The notes: generated from the letters alone by a model not told the origin. Shown: positions 1 to 10,534, counted from the stretch's first letter. The stretch: 11,659 nt of DNA from Octopus sinensis (GCF_006345805.1 NW_021826842.1:1-11659), one strand, 5' to 3'. Numbers and translations: made by a program.

Positions 1-72
1 CCTTCTACCTCTGTTTCTTTTTCTTTCCTTTCTCTCTCCCCGATCTCTCTCTCTTTCTCTCTCTCTCTCTCA
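1..72. repeat. Pyrimidine-rich / (CT)n microsatellite
   Basis: Runs of ctctctct and ttc, seen directly. Confidence 0.85.
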
Positions 73-502
73 CTTCCTTCTAAGTCTTTTTTTTTATCAT
101 TTCACATCCTGCCCTTCTGAATTCTTCATCGCCATCTTCATTTATTTTTCATAATTTTCTTAATTTTTCTCAGCTGCTGTTCCTGTTTCCTTCATGGCTG
201 CTTCATTCGTTTTCATTTACTACCACACATTTTCTTTCAACCAGAGAATCAGACGAACAACAAATCCTGCTTACAGTTTGATTTATTTCCCTATCTTCAC
301 TTGATATATTTCTTTCTATTAATCAGCTTTTTCGCCACAGTTTCCATTCCGACAATTTCCAGAAGGTCATTTAAAAAAATATATACAAAATCATATACAG
401 AAATGAATAATAAATAAAATAAAGCGATTTAAGTTCTTTGTTTCTCGACAAAAACCTGTTTCACTTTGGAGTATTGATCCGGATATCGAATCTAGTGTGG
501 AC

Positions 503-503
<1 letters not shown>

Positions 504-550
<47 letters not shown>

Positions 551-866
551 TTATTTATTCCTCTTTCTGTCTCCCTCTCTTTCTACCTCTCAATCTCTCT
601 CTCTATATATATATATTTATATACATATATACACACACATATTCTATATATCTATCTAAATGTATATTTTACCTTTCTATCTATCTATCTATATATATAT
701 GTGTTCTGTTTTTGATTTTATTTGATATATATATATATACATACACACGCACATATATATATATATATGATGTATGTATATATGTATGCATGTAATCGTA
801 CACGCATATACATACATACACATATACACATACGAGCAGACACACAAATGTATATATATATATATG
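504..866. repeat. Compound microsatellite: (TATC)n at 504-550, then CT, TA, CA and TATG blocks
   Basis: Tandem units are visible. ORFs 438..659, 497..715, 689..901 and 722..904 are artefacts of this repeat (YLSI/IYIY translations). Confidence 0.9.
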
Positions 867-1189
867 CCCAATATCTTAGCCTGAGTTTTTCTATTCATCA
901 ATGATTCTCTACTGATATATTAGTGTATGTCTGTGATTTCTCCATTTATCCACTGGATGTTTTTTCTGCAAATTAATAAGAACCACTTTCCTATTTATAA
1001 ACATTTATAAACATTGATGTCTTTCGATTATTCTCTCAGCAGCACCAAATCCTATATGGAACAGTTAACTAACATCGAGAAGAAATAAACCCAACTGCAA
1101 ATAATGAGTAAACCATGCTAAGAAAAGTTGACCGAGACGCAGAGCAAAAACAAATATATTGGTCGTACGCATTCTAAACAAGGCGAAAA

Positions 1190-1276
1190 CACATACACAA
1201 ATACATACATAATTATACACAGACATACATTCTTACAGACATACATACATGCATACAAATATGCATACATACGTAT
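1190..1276. repeat. Degenerate (TACA)n tract immediately 5' of the LINE fragment
   Basis: Repeated acatac/tacat units. Confidence 0.65.
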
Positions 1277-1280
1277 AATA

Positions 1281-1787
1281 AATGGCATGAAGGGACTTGA
1301 TTATTGGGCTCGACTTAAACAGCTGAAGCTCTATTCTTTGCAACGCCGCCTAGGGCGATATATTATTTATCCCATGTAGAAAATATTCCACCAATATTAT
1401 CAAATTGATATCGGTATTATGTTTACAATTCACCCAAGACTAGGCCCCCGTGCAATGCGTCCCCCACGAAGGTCGAGATCACATCACATAAGAACATTGT
1501 GACACAATTTCTTCACTGCAAATGGTCCTGCTTTTTTCGATGTTATCCCGAAAGAAATTGAAGTAGAAAAAGACCCCACAACTTTCAGCCGGTACTTGGA
1601 CAAATTCCTCCAGGAAATACCGGATAAACCACCTACACCTGGATACATCTCAACCAACAACAACTCTCTGCTTGAGTGGTCCATGGAGTCCCGAAATGAT
1701 TAACTAAAAGACTTTTCCAGGTGGTGCTATTTGAGTTAGTCATGACCTGGGCCGATAATGGCCGAAACCAATCTAAGTTATCTAAGT
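1281..1787 (+). mobile_element. 5'-truncated CR1/L2-group LINE: C-terminus of ORF2 (two premature stops) plus 3' UTR and short tandem tail
   Basis: One frame from 1281 to 1703 reads NGMKGLDYWARLKQLKLYSLQRRLGRYIIYPM*KIFHQ...HIRTL*HNFFTANGPAFF...[21 protein letters not shown]...NSLLEW...ND*. This matches the CR1-group ORF2 C-terminal motifs 'Y..RL..L.LYSL.RRR.R' and 'LDKFL..IPD.P..PGY'. Stops are TAG 1377-1379 (likely from TGG) and TGA 1500-1502 (likely from CGA). It ends in the tandem atctaagtt/atctaagt (1771-1787). Exact clade is from recalled motifs. Confidence 0.85.
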
Positions 1788-1801
1788 GAAATACAAACGT
1801 A

Positions 1802-1806
1802 AATAC

Positions 1807-1864
<58 letters not shown>

Positions 1865-2157
1865 TATATATTATATATATATATATAATATATATATATA
1901 CATACATTACATACATACATACATATATATATATAATATATGATATAATATATACATACATACATACATATGTATATATATATAATCCATACATGCATAC
2001 ATATATATATATATATGTATACATATATATATATAATATTATATGTATATATATATATATATATATACACATAATACATACATACATACATACATACATA
2101 CATACATACGTACATACATACATACATACATACATACATACATACATACATACATAC
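1802..2157. repeat. Compound (TACA)n/(TA)n microsatellite
   Basis: Seen directly. It explains ORFs 1633..2187, 1782..2159 and 1786..2172. Confidence 0.95.
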
Positions 2158-2356
2158 AATATTTCCGCTTAGAAATGCTCCTGTCAAGAAAAAATGGCGA
2201 TTGAACTATGTATCTGCACAGATTTCAATGAATAGGACAAGGTGGTGTGACAATGTATAGAGTTTGCTAGTGTCAAATTAGTGTCGCACAAATGTTTTCT
2301 ATTGTTCATGTACTTTAATTTTCAATGACAATTTATTAGAAAAAAAAGGCGTTATA

Positions 2357-2424
2357 GGCGCAGACGTAGCAGTGTGGTAAGAAGTTTGTTTCTCATCCAT
2401 ATGGTTCCAGATTCAGTCCCACCG
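2357..2424 (+). mobile_element. tRNA-derived SINE 5' head only (truncated)
   Basis: ggcgcagacgtagcagtgtggtaagaagtttg...atggttccagattcagtcccac has degenerate Pol III A-box and B-box motifs. It is similar to the head at about 10535-10620 and to a recalled octopus SINE head. Confidence 0.75.
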
Positions 2425-2452
2425 TATATATATATATATATATATATATATC

Positions 2453-2490
<38 letters not shown>
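2425..2490. repeat. (TA)n followed by (TAA)n microsatellite
   Basis: Seen directly. Confidence 0.95.
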
Positions 2491-2492
<2 letters not shown>

Positions 2493-2838
2493 GGGTAAAA
2501 TTAATTAATAATTAATAATTTTACCATGTAGTTCGGTATGTTAAAAGAACCATTAACGGTAAACTTAAACAAAATTTTTTATAATTATGAGTATAATTAT
2601 AATTAGTGTTCAGCAAATATTTGCTTCACCACATACCAAAATTTAGAAATACCAGTTAAAACTAACTAATTCTCTACCATAAGAAAATCTCCCAGGAAGT
2701 ATTGAATATTGTTGTCTTGGAGATTTTTTTATGGGAAAGAAATAGTTAGTTTTAACTGCTATTTCTAAATTTTGGTATGTGGTGAAGCAAATATTTGCTG
2801 GACCCTAATTATAATTATACTCATAATTATAAAAATTT
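2493..2838. mobile_element. AT-rich foldback / MITE-like element with a long internal inverted repeat
   Basis: Arms 2572-2692 and 2719-2838 are reverse complements (manual count about 7 mismatches plus 1 indel) around a 26-nt spacer. A separate 10-bp stem ggtaaaatta/taattttacc lies at 2494-2525. The inverted repeat is certain; the transposon identity is inferred. Confidence 0.6.
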
Positions 2839-2944
2839 ATATATATATATATATATAATATTTGCATATGGCTGTGTTGGTACACTACCACTGGTGTTAA
2901 TGTGTTTAAATCTCCGGAAACCAATGGCTTGACAAAAGACAGAA

Positions 2945-3120
2945 GAATACACTGCGGTATTTGTTCCGGCTTTCTACATTCATTCTAAGTTCAAATGCCA
3001 CCGACGTGAGCTTTTTTTTTCTTCATCCAAATAAAGTACCATTGAAGTACTGGGATTGATAGAATCGACTGATTGCTTGCCCTCCCTCAAGATTTCCGCC
3101 CTCATACCTAAATTAGAAGT
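2945..3120 (+). mobile_element. Diverged tRNA-derived SINE (second family)
   Basis: gcggtattt...ttctaagttcaaatgccaccgac (B-box-like)...ttcatcc...aagtacc...gtactggg...aatcgact...ccctccc...ctaaattagaag follows the order of a recalled octopus SINE consensus. Confidence 0.6.
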
Positions 3121-3384
3121 AATTTATTACTCATTGTTTTATCCATTCATGATCATCTGATGTGACCATCCCGAAATTTGCTCGCGTATCTTATAAGACT
3201 TCTTTCATGTAACCCTAACCCACATCCAACTCTTATTATATTTATATATGCCTATTCCATATAACCTGATATCTATTCACACTTCTTCATTACCATATAA
3301 GATACTTATATTTTTTGTATATTTGTCTTTAGATATTCCAAACTTTTGACTCAGAGATCCTTATCTCGAATCTCAGTCTACAGG

Positions 3385-3510
3385 TTCTTCTTCTTCTTCT
3401 TCTTCTTCTTCTTCTTCTTCTTCTTCTTCCTTTTCTTCTTCTTCTTCTTCTTCTTCTTCTTCTATTCTTCTTCTTCTCTTTTCTTCTTCTTCATTATTAT
3501 TATATTATTA

Positions 3511-3545
<35 letters not shown>

Positions 3546-3602
3546 TATTATTATTATTATTATTATGTTTTATTATCATTATTATTATTATTATTATTAT
3601 TA
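3385..3602. repeat. (TTC)n at 3385-3492 joined to (TTA)n at 3493-3602
   Basis: Seen directly. It explains the poly-F/Y/I ORF 3346..3645. Confidence 0.95.
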
Positions 3603-3888
3603 TGTACGTTTATGGAAAGCCTTCCATCATTTGCTTATCTGCTGAGCAGAGAGATTTTCTCTGGCAGATTCTAATAGTGATTCCATCGAAACTCCCTTTA
3701 GATCTGCTTTTCCGAATTGAACCACGCTCATCACAAATTCAGTCTCTGGAACTAATCTGAAATTAATGGCTTTCACTAGAAATTTCGGTTATTTTTTTTT
3801 TCGACCTATAATTCCATTTTGATAAAAAATATATCCAGGTTCGAATTTTAGCTGAAATCCTCGATTCTATCTTTTCATGCATTTTTTT

Positions 3889-4010
3889 ATTTTGTTGTCA
3901 TTTTCATTGTTGTTGTTGTCATTGTTGTTGTCATTTAACCCCTGGTCAACCCTGATCTAGCATAGCCAGGATCAACGACATTCAATCCTTGGCAATATTG
4001 CTTTTCAAGT
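3889..4010 (-). mobile_element. Retroposon 3' end with (AAC/GAC)n tail
   Basis: The minus strand reads ...gatcagggttgaccaggggttaaatgacaacaacaatgacaacaacaac. It shares an exact 14-mer (3944-3957) with the inverted copy at 7766-7779. Confidence 0.5.
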
Positions 4011-4012
4011 CT

Positions 4013-4246
4013 ATCATCGTCATCATCATCATCTTCGTCGTCTTCGTCGTCGTCGTCATCATCATCATCATCATCGTCATCATCACCATTGTATAACATC
4101 CACTTTCCGTAATGGCATGGGTTGGATGGTTTGACATGCAGACGGCAAGATGGAGAAATTGGCCAGACTCTAATTGTCTGTTATAGCACGGTTTCTACGT
4201 CAAAAACTTTACAGAGTGTACTGGGTGCTATCTACCTGGCACCGGT
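4013..4246 (-). mobile_element. RTE-type SINE/LINE 3' end with (GAT/GAC)n tail
   Basis: The minus strand reads gtgccagg..agcacccagtacactctgtaaag...gtagaaacc...gtcaaaccatccaacccatgcc...ggatgttatacaatggtgatgatgacgatg..., with a trinucleotide tail at 4013-4089. It matches a recalled RTE-like tail (...ggacgttaaacgatgatgatg). Confidence 0.7.
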
Positions 4247-4420
4247 ATGATGATACCCTTGACAAGAAAGGAGTGTGTGCTGACTTGAGGTTCATGTGAT
4301 ATGTTTCTGACTCGTTTGACTCTTATTTCGGGTGAGCTGTTAGAGGTTCTGCACTTAGTTCAGAAAACAGAATTACAGCTTACACACATACATGAGAGTG
4401 CGCATTTATGGGATACGTGC

Positions 4421-4560
4421 TATTCTTTTATTCTGTTACCTGTTTCCGTCGTTTTGACCGCGGCCATGCTGGAGCACCACCTTTTAGTCGAAGAAATCGA
4501 ACATTGGAACTCTTTTGCCGAACCGCTAGGTCGACGGTGGGGTTACAAACACAGGCATGC
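4421..4560 (-). mobile_element. SINE 3' half (internally deleted), same family as 4921-5107 and 10535-10821
   Basis: ctcttttgccgaaccg (4510-4525) is the exact reverse complement of 4981-4996 and 10685-10700. gcggccatgctg also matches 10775-10785. Confidence 0.85.
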
Positions 4561-4920
4561 AAATATATACATACGCATACGCACACTCTTCGATTTAAGG
4601 TTTTCTTCGATTTTTATAATAGGATGAGTTTATTTTGAATTTATTTACTTTGTTTATTTTGTTCATTGCATGCTTAAGACCATTAATTGAAAGAACCAAT
4701 GAAACAAATCCATTTTAAAGGTGTATCCTTTAACTAGTTTTGATCAAATTGTTATTTCTGTTCTATCTTAACAAAACTGTCCGACGAACGGGAGCGTGAA
4801 ACTCGGAGTAACAGCTTTTGTTATATTTATGCTGCTTTTTAATAAAGCACATTACTCTACCTTTGTTATTTGAGGGGGAAAGAGGATATTTGTATATATG
4901 GAGGGCATGTCTTTTTGTTA

Positions 4921-5107
4921 GAGTTTGTACCCACCACAGGTTGACAACCGGTTTGGTCTTTTTACATCTCCGTAACTTAACGGTTCGGCAAAAGAGATAG
5001 AATAAATACCTTGCTTTACAAAAGGAAGTAGTGCTTCATTCTAATAAAATTCTTCAAGTCAGTGCCTCAGTGTGGCCGCAGTCTAATGTCTGAAACTGCT
5101 AAAAGAT
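4921..5107 (+). mobile_element. SINE 3' half
   Basis: ttgacaaccg...gtaacttaacggttcggcaaaagag...tggccgcagtctaatgtctgaaac is colinear with 10648-10800. Confidence 0.85.
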
Positions 5108-6834
5108 ATGTGCTTGAAGTGAATAAAGGATTTAGACACATTAATCGACTAAATAAACTGAATAAACAAGGGACTCCTACAGAAATGTGGTGAAAGAAAT
5201 TCGATAAAAAGATAATACCAGAACATAGTCGATGTTTTTCAGCACATTACACGTTCACACAAACGTGTGATTATACATACATAATGAGTGGGAGAGTGAG
5301 TAAGACATATACGAAAGTACAGTGTAAAGTAGGTATGTATATATTTAGACGGGACTGATAACTAGCTGATTAGTTAGTGAATAAGGAAGCGCAAAAGACA
5401 CATAAACATGCATCGACTTATTGATAACTATTTGAATTAAAGGTTAAACTCTATAGAAAATTGAACAACGTTACGAGGTTATAGGATTGCATTATTAAAT
5501 ATAAGGAGAAATCGGGCATCAGAGTTAATCAATGTTGATATTGATGGCCACGTGATGTTTACAAAGTTACCATCACGACATCACAGCCGGAGTTCAAAGA
5601 ACGTGTAATATCATTATAAGATTTTCAGGATGATGACTAAATCAATCGCTGATTTCCAGATATATCCATTGATATCATGGATTAATAATTTAATTACGAG
5701 ATTAACGTGTTTAAGTTCACATCTTGAAGTTGATTTAGCATATTAAACTGTTTGAATAGTAGATTAAATTGTGGCCTGCTAAAATGAACACGATGATTCT
5801 CTGATTAACTTAATTACCTTCAGATCAACTTTAAACCACAACCTATTCATCTGTTCACTCTTTTGGCCATTTACATAGTCTATTAAAATCTATTTCCAAC
5901 CTCTGAAATCTCCAGTTATTATTATTATTATTATTATCAAAACGCATGAATATACTACAGATCAGTGTGGAAACGAGAAAAATAAAAATCTGCTGTTTTA
6001 TTTGGTTCGAAGACGAACCCTAAACACTGTAAAAAAAATAATAACCACCAAAACATTTGTCTATTTGGGCTGAAATTCTTTTCTATGCCTTACATTTGTA
6101 CAGATAAAACACTGACTTTCTGAACATCGAGCGTCCAGAACCTGCTATAAATCGCATTAATTTTACGAGCAGAAACTTCAAATTCTTGCTACCGTGAGAC
6201 TAACTTACTGGTACCCTTCACAGACTTGTACCTTGCACAGTACAGTAAGCATAACTTTTAATCATTTATACTAATGTACAAAAGCCTATTATTTCTTTGA
6301 AAATATATGCAAATTTGGTGGTGTCTTGGGAGGATCATTACGCCAATAATAGTAACAAACGCACTGATTCAGTATCACTTCACTAATTTTTGTCAATTGG
6401 TTAAATATATATCAAAATAACTAATCGGACGATGGTTTAAAGCGATGGTTAAACAATTAATCGATTGTTTGTCAGTCATTTTTAAATCTTCGGTTTTTCC
6501 TGCTCCATACCTACTGCATGCAATATTAAGCAAGTGTTCTTACTTCTAATCTCAGTTTCGTCAAAGTCATCTGAGCGAAATTTAATTAATATTGTTCAAA
6601 CACGTTTTAGCTTTTATTAAATATATCTATGACCAAATGTGTTCTGACTACAAACACACCTTATTTTTCAGTTATCGTTAGTCCGATCTGTTGTGTCTGG
6701 GGAGAGTCATTTTCTTTTTGTGCCTTATAATGTAACACACTCACCGGTAAAATTTCCACTTATTTCTTATTTTTATTTAACTAAAATTTTCGTTGCGTCT
6801 TGCAACCTTTTCAATAGTCTGTAGTGTTTGATCC

Positions 6835-7190
6835 GTGGAGGCGCAATGGCCCAGTGGTTAGGGCAGCGGACTCGCGGTCATAGGATCGCGGTTTCGATTC
6901 CCAGACCGGGCGTTGTGAGTGTTTATTGAGCGAAAACACCTAAAGCTCCACGAGGCTCCCGCAGGGGATGGTGGTGATCCCTGCTGTACTCTTTCACCAC
7001 AACTTTCTCTCACTCTTACTTCCTGTTTCTGTTGTACCTGTATTTCAAAGGGGTGGCCTTGTCACTCTCTGTTAAGGGTACACGTGTCTGTGGAGTGCTC
7101 AGCCACTTACACGTTAATTTCACGAGCAGGCTGTTCCGTTGATTCGAATCAACCGGAACCCTCGTCGTCGTAACCGACGGAGTGCTTCCC
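6835..7190 (+). mobile_element. Near-full-length tRNA(Arg)-like SINE (OR-type octopus SINE) flanked by a 12-bp target-site duplication
   Basis: A-box TGGCCCAGTGG (6847-6857), B-box-like GGTTTCGATTCCC (6890-6902) and an Arg-like anticodon arm (ggactcgcggtc). Identical agtgtttgatcc lies at 6823-6834 and 7191-7202. The family name is recalled, not searched. Confidence 0.9.
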
Positions 7191-7716
7191 AGTGTTTGAT
7201 CCAATTCGATAAGTTGCTGTTTCTTGTCGTTTCCCGAAATTTGAAAGACATAAATTGTGTGAAGACCCTCTGTTTCGCAAAACCAGAATCAATCGGCTGG
7301 ATGTCATAAGAACACTTCCATACTTGATCTTTGGACGCGTTTAATGGGACCTGTTGTATTTTAAGTATTCAAGCCAAGTATCCTGTCTGGGGATAGCTTC
7401 GTATTTCCCACACCAACAGCGTCCATTGATTTTTACTCCTATCTAATCCATTCGCGATCCATATTGTCTTTTTCTTAGTGTGTATCCAGAGTTGTTTGTA
7501 CAACAATAATTTCAACTTAGAAACATGTTGAAACCAACGACGACCAATATTCTTCTCCCTTCATGTGAACGAATTGATTTACGATTGAACAATTGATTCT
7601 TTAAGTGTTTGTTCAATCTCTTAAAAATAGCATTGCGCTTTCCCCTAAATCACATAGGACAGTCTAAAAAAAAAACGAGAGAGATACGTAAGACAACGTA
7701 GTTCTTGATATACCAT

Positions 7717-7797
7717 AAAAGATGGGATAGTTGTATATAGAATACACGTGGTCGTTGGATTGATCGATCAGGGTTGACCTATTTTTACTCGACAACA
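7717..7797 (+). mobile_element. Highly degenerate copy of the 3889-4010 retroposon tail
   Basis: gatcagggttgacc (7766-7779) is the exact reverse complement of 3944-3957. Flanking similarity is weak. Confidence 0.35.
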
Positions 7798-7974
7798 GAT
7801 AGTTCTATATATTTTTGGTACATTACCTTCGCCATTATGTCAAAAATATACAAGTATGCTCTCTTAAAATATAATATATAATCCAAAAGAAATTTTCCTT
7901 GAAACAAATGTAAATAATCTGGATATGATATTTGTTCATATTTCATTATTCATACCATACGATACATAAATACC

Positions 7975-8121
7975 CACATAGACATATACATTCATATATA
8001 TACGTATGTATATGTATTGTATATATATGTATATATATATATATAGATACTTATGTATATGTATGTATATGTATTATATATATATATATATATATCTATA
8101 TATATATAATGTATGTGTGCA

Positions 8122-8163
<42 letters not shown>

Positions 8164-8268
8164 GCATACATCACACGCGCGCGTACCTCCCCCATTTATA
8201 TATAGATATATATATATATATTATATATATATATATTATACTATATATATTATATAATATATATATAT
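7975..8268. repeat. (TA)n-rich compound microsatellite
   Basis: Seen directly. It explains ORFs 7932..8411, 7992..8195 and 8006..8257. Confidence 0.95.
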
Positions 8269-8339
8269 TTCCATTTATGTCACGTTTTATCGCATCACTG
8301 GCCCCTAGTGTGCAACTTGTTTCGACATATCTTTATTTT

Positions 8340-8662
8340 ACGATCCCCTGGAACATTTTATTTTTAGTTTCTTCGTCTTGCAGTCCTCTTGAGGTCCATC
8401 GGTTTCAATGAAACAATTCTTTTATTCCCATTCTGAGATCTTTTACCGTTTCCTATAGCACTCCAGGTTGTTTTTACGCTGATGCCACCATATATTGTTG
8501 GAAGGTAATATTTGATGACATCCTCTCTCGGTTCACTTCACCATGGACTAATGTCTACCGTATTACGTTTTTTTTACGAAATCTGCATTGGCTATTTGTA
8601 TTAGAATCAATTTTGTCATTATGCACTAAGCAGTCTTTTGGTAATTCCAATACTTTAGATTG
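8340..8662 (-). mobile_element. Degraded LINE reverse-transcriptase fragment, I/Nimb-like
   Basis: Minus-strand translation across frameshifts gives SKVLELPKDCLVH...SQCRFRKK/RNTVD...KTTW.../KDLRMGIK. This parallels the RT N-terminal motifs K.LER....RLV...QCGFRK.RST.D...AYDTTW...KDL..MG.KG. The A8 run at 8568-8575 causes one frameshift. Confidence 0.55.
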
Positions 8663-8716
8663 ATGTGTGTGTATGTGTATTTATGTATATATAGAAAGAT
8701 ATATATACCATCTATG

Positions 8717-8775
<59 letters not shown>

Positions 8776-8930
8776 TATATATATATAATATATATATATA
8801 TATATAGACAGAGAGAGACGAGAAGAGACTGTTCCGTATATGCTTCAATATTATATATTATAATAATCTTCCTACATTCATGTAAGATATTACTTTGAAG
8901 ATATATATATATATATTATATATATATATC
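8663..8930. repeat. (TG)/(TA)n compound microsatellite
   Basis: Seen directly. Confidence 0.9.
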
Positions 8931-8979
8931 ATTCTTTTCAGTGTGTATACATAAGCAGACGATAACAATATCGTCTGAT

Positions 8980-9105
8980 TCCTCTCCTTGCCTCTCCCTT
9001 TATTTCTTTTCCCTTCTCTCCAACTTTACGTCCCCATTACCCTCTCACTCTGTCACACTCTCCTCTTCCCTCTTTACTTCTCTCACTTCTCTCTCTCTCT
9101 CGCTC
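8980..9105. repeat. CT-rich low-complexity tract
   Basis: Pyrimidine-only runs. It explains the S/L-rich ORF 8941..9225. Confidence 0.75.
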
Positions 9106-9264
9106 AGTATTTTTAACTCTGTGAGTACTACGCCATATTTCCCTAGTTTTATATCCTTCGTTAGCTATCCATACTACATATTTTTCTCAAAATTAATTCC
9201 TGTGTCTATATATATATTACAATAGCATACTTAATATTGAAATACAGACTTCTAACACATTTCG

Positions 9265-9455
9265 GTTTCCATGTTATAAATCACAGTCAGCAATATATTG
9301 TAGTCTGAAGGCGTTTTACTCCCTACTTTCCGCGTAAAGTGAAGCTCTGTCATGATTCCTCTTCAACTAATACATCTGGCTGTTGGCCAAGCTTTTCATT
9401 CATGTTCGACATACTGTGTCAAAATTGGGAAAGCGAACAGATGTTGCAAGCACAA
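9265..9455 (+). mobile_element. Copy A of a LINE ORF1 N-terminal segment (inverted partner of 11295-11485)
   Basis: 191-bp ungapped alignment to the reverse complement of 11295-11485 with 16 mismatches by hand. It translates to ...[26 protein letters not shown], versus ...*LSAKLFIYVRNTVSTLGKRIDFAST in copy B. Confidence 0.85.
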
Positions 9456-9465
9456 TACACACACT

Positions 9466-9545
9466 ATGTATGTATATATATATATATGTATATAATATGT
9501 ATATATATATTATATATATATCTATATATATATATATATATATAT

Positions 9546-9584
<39 letters not shown>

Positions 9585-9597
9585 CATATATATATAC

Positions 9598-9648
<51 letters not shown>

Positions 9649-9785
9649 CACATATATGTACAAGATGTTAATCTTACCATCACGGAAAAAGTACACACTA
9701 TAGATATATATGTGTGTGTGTATTGTGTGTGTATGTGTGTGAGTGTGTGTGTGTGTGTGTTGTGTGTGTGTTTGCGTGTGTGTGT
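9466..9785. repeat. (TA)n and (TG)n microsatellites
   Basis: Seen directly, with a short unique spacer at about 9660-9700. Confidence 0.9.
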
Positions 9786-9934
9786 ACACATTTCATATAC
9801 AACAACTTTTAGATGATTTGGTGAGTTCATTTGAAGAAAGATTAGAAAGTTGCAGTATTTCTGCATTATAAATAAACAACCACTCATATATGTATACACA
9901 CAGATTTGTATCCTTTTTAGAGAGGCATGTCAAT

Positions 9935-10040
9935 GTATGCTTATGTATATGTATATATATACATACACACACACCCACATATGGATATAAATACATACAC
10001 ACACACGCACACACAGACGCGCGGGCGCGCACAAAACACA
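9935..10040. repeat. TA/CA compound microsatellite
   Basis: Seen directly. Confidence 0.8.
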
Positions 10041-10179
10041 TGGATGATGAGCGCCAGGCAGTGACGTGTATTAAATATAAAATTGTTACCAGTTCAGATA
10101 TGCTTAAGGCATATTGGAACCGTAAGAAAGCCATTCACTGTAATTTGTTATGGGAATTACTCCTCGATGTAGACGAATA

Positions 10180-10242
10180 AGTGAGTGTGTGGTTTGTATG
10201 CATATATACATACATACATACATATAATATATATATATTTAT

Positions 10243-10295
<53 letters not shown>

Positions 10296-10350
10296 TGTGT
10301 GTGTGTGTGTGTGTGTGCGTGTGGTGTGTGTGCGTGTGTGTGTGTGTGTG
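10180..10350. repeat. (TACA)/(TA)n then (TG)n microsatellite
   Basis: Seen directly. It explains the ORFs between 10135 and 10474. Confidence 0.95.
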
Positions 10351-10534
10351 TATCATTGAGCAAAGGACAAAAAATGCAATTGACAAAAAGGTCTTAGTGC
10401 TATATTGCTTGAATGTAAAAGGTAGGAACTTTAACGCTTCGGATGCTAGTCCTTCACCAAGAACAGAAAAATAAGAAAGTTTGTGTATTCACACACACAC
10501 ACACACACACGCACAAGCACGTGAATACACAGGT

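Noticed and set aside
3385-3602. CRISPR-like or coding triplet array
   Set aside because: Pure trinucleotide microsatellites with no spacers, in a eukaryotic context.
5579-5600. atcacagcc resembling the miR-2 family 5' end
   Set aside because: The match stops after 9 nt and no precursor hairpin is evident.
6837-6915. tRNA-Arg gene
   Set aside because: It has A/B boxes but no closing acceptor stem, continues into a SINE body and is TSD-flanked, so it is a SINE head.
6919-7204. ORFs 6919..7173 and 7016..7204
   Set aside because: They lie almost wholly within the SINE and show no recognisable domain.
6790-7300. Open minus-strand frame across the SINE empty site (GLHTIYVFQISGNDKKQQLIELDQTLQTIEK)
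   Set aside because: Unrecognised peptide, weak donor (gttgca), and the SINE would interrupt the supposed exon.
7583-7618. 10-bp stem gattgaacaa/ttgttcaatc
   Set aside because: Pairing does not extend outward; plausible by chance in AT-rich DNA.
8956-8977. Perfect 9-bp hairpin cagacgata/tatcgtctg
   Set aside because: No CTRR Helitron end at the expected spacing, and it is too short for a pre-miRNA.
10040-10185. Coding-like MDDERQ...DMLKAY...NLLWELL with a nearby gtgagt
   Set aside because: Only vague similarity to the RT 'D..KAY...LW' motif, and a stop codon directly precedes the donor.
438-10474. Most ORFs in the supplied track (YI-, HT-, CV-, YLSI- and poly-F/Y-rich)
   Set aside because: They are translations of stop-free microsatellites, not genes.
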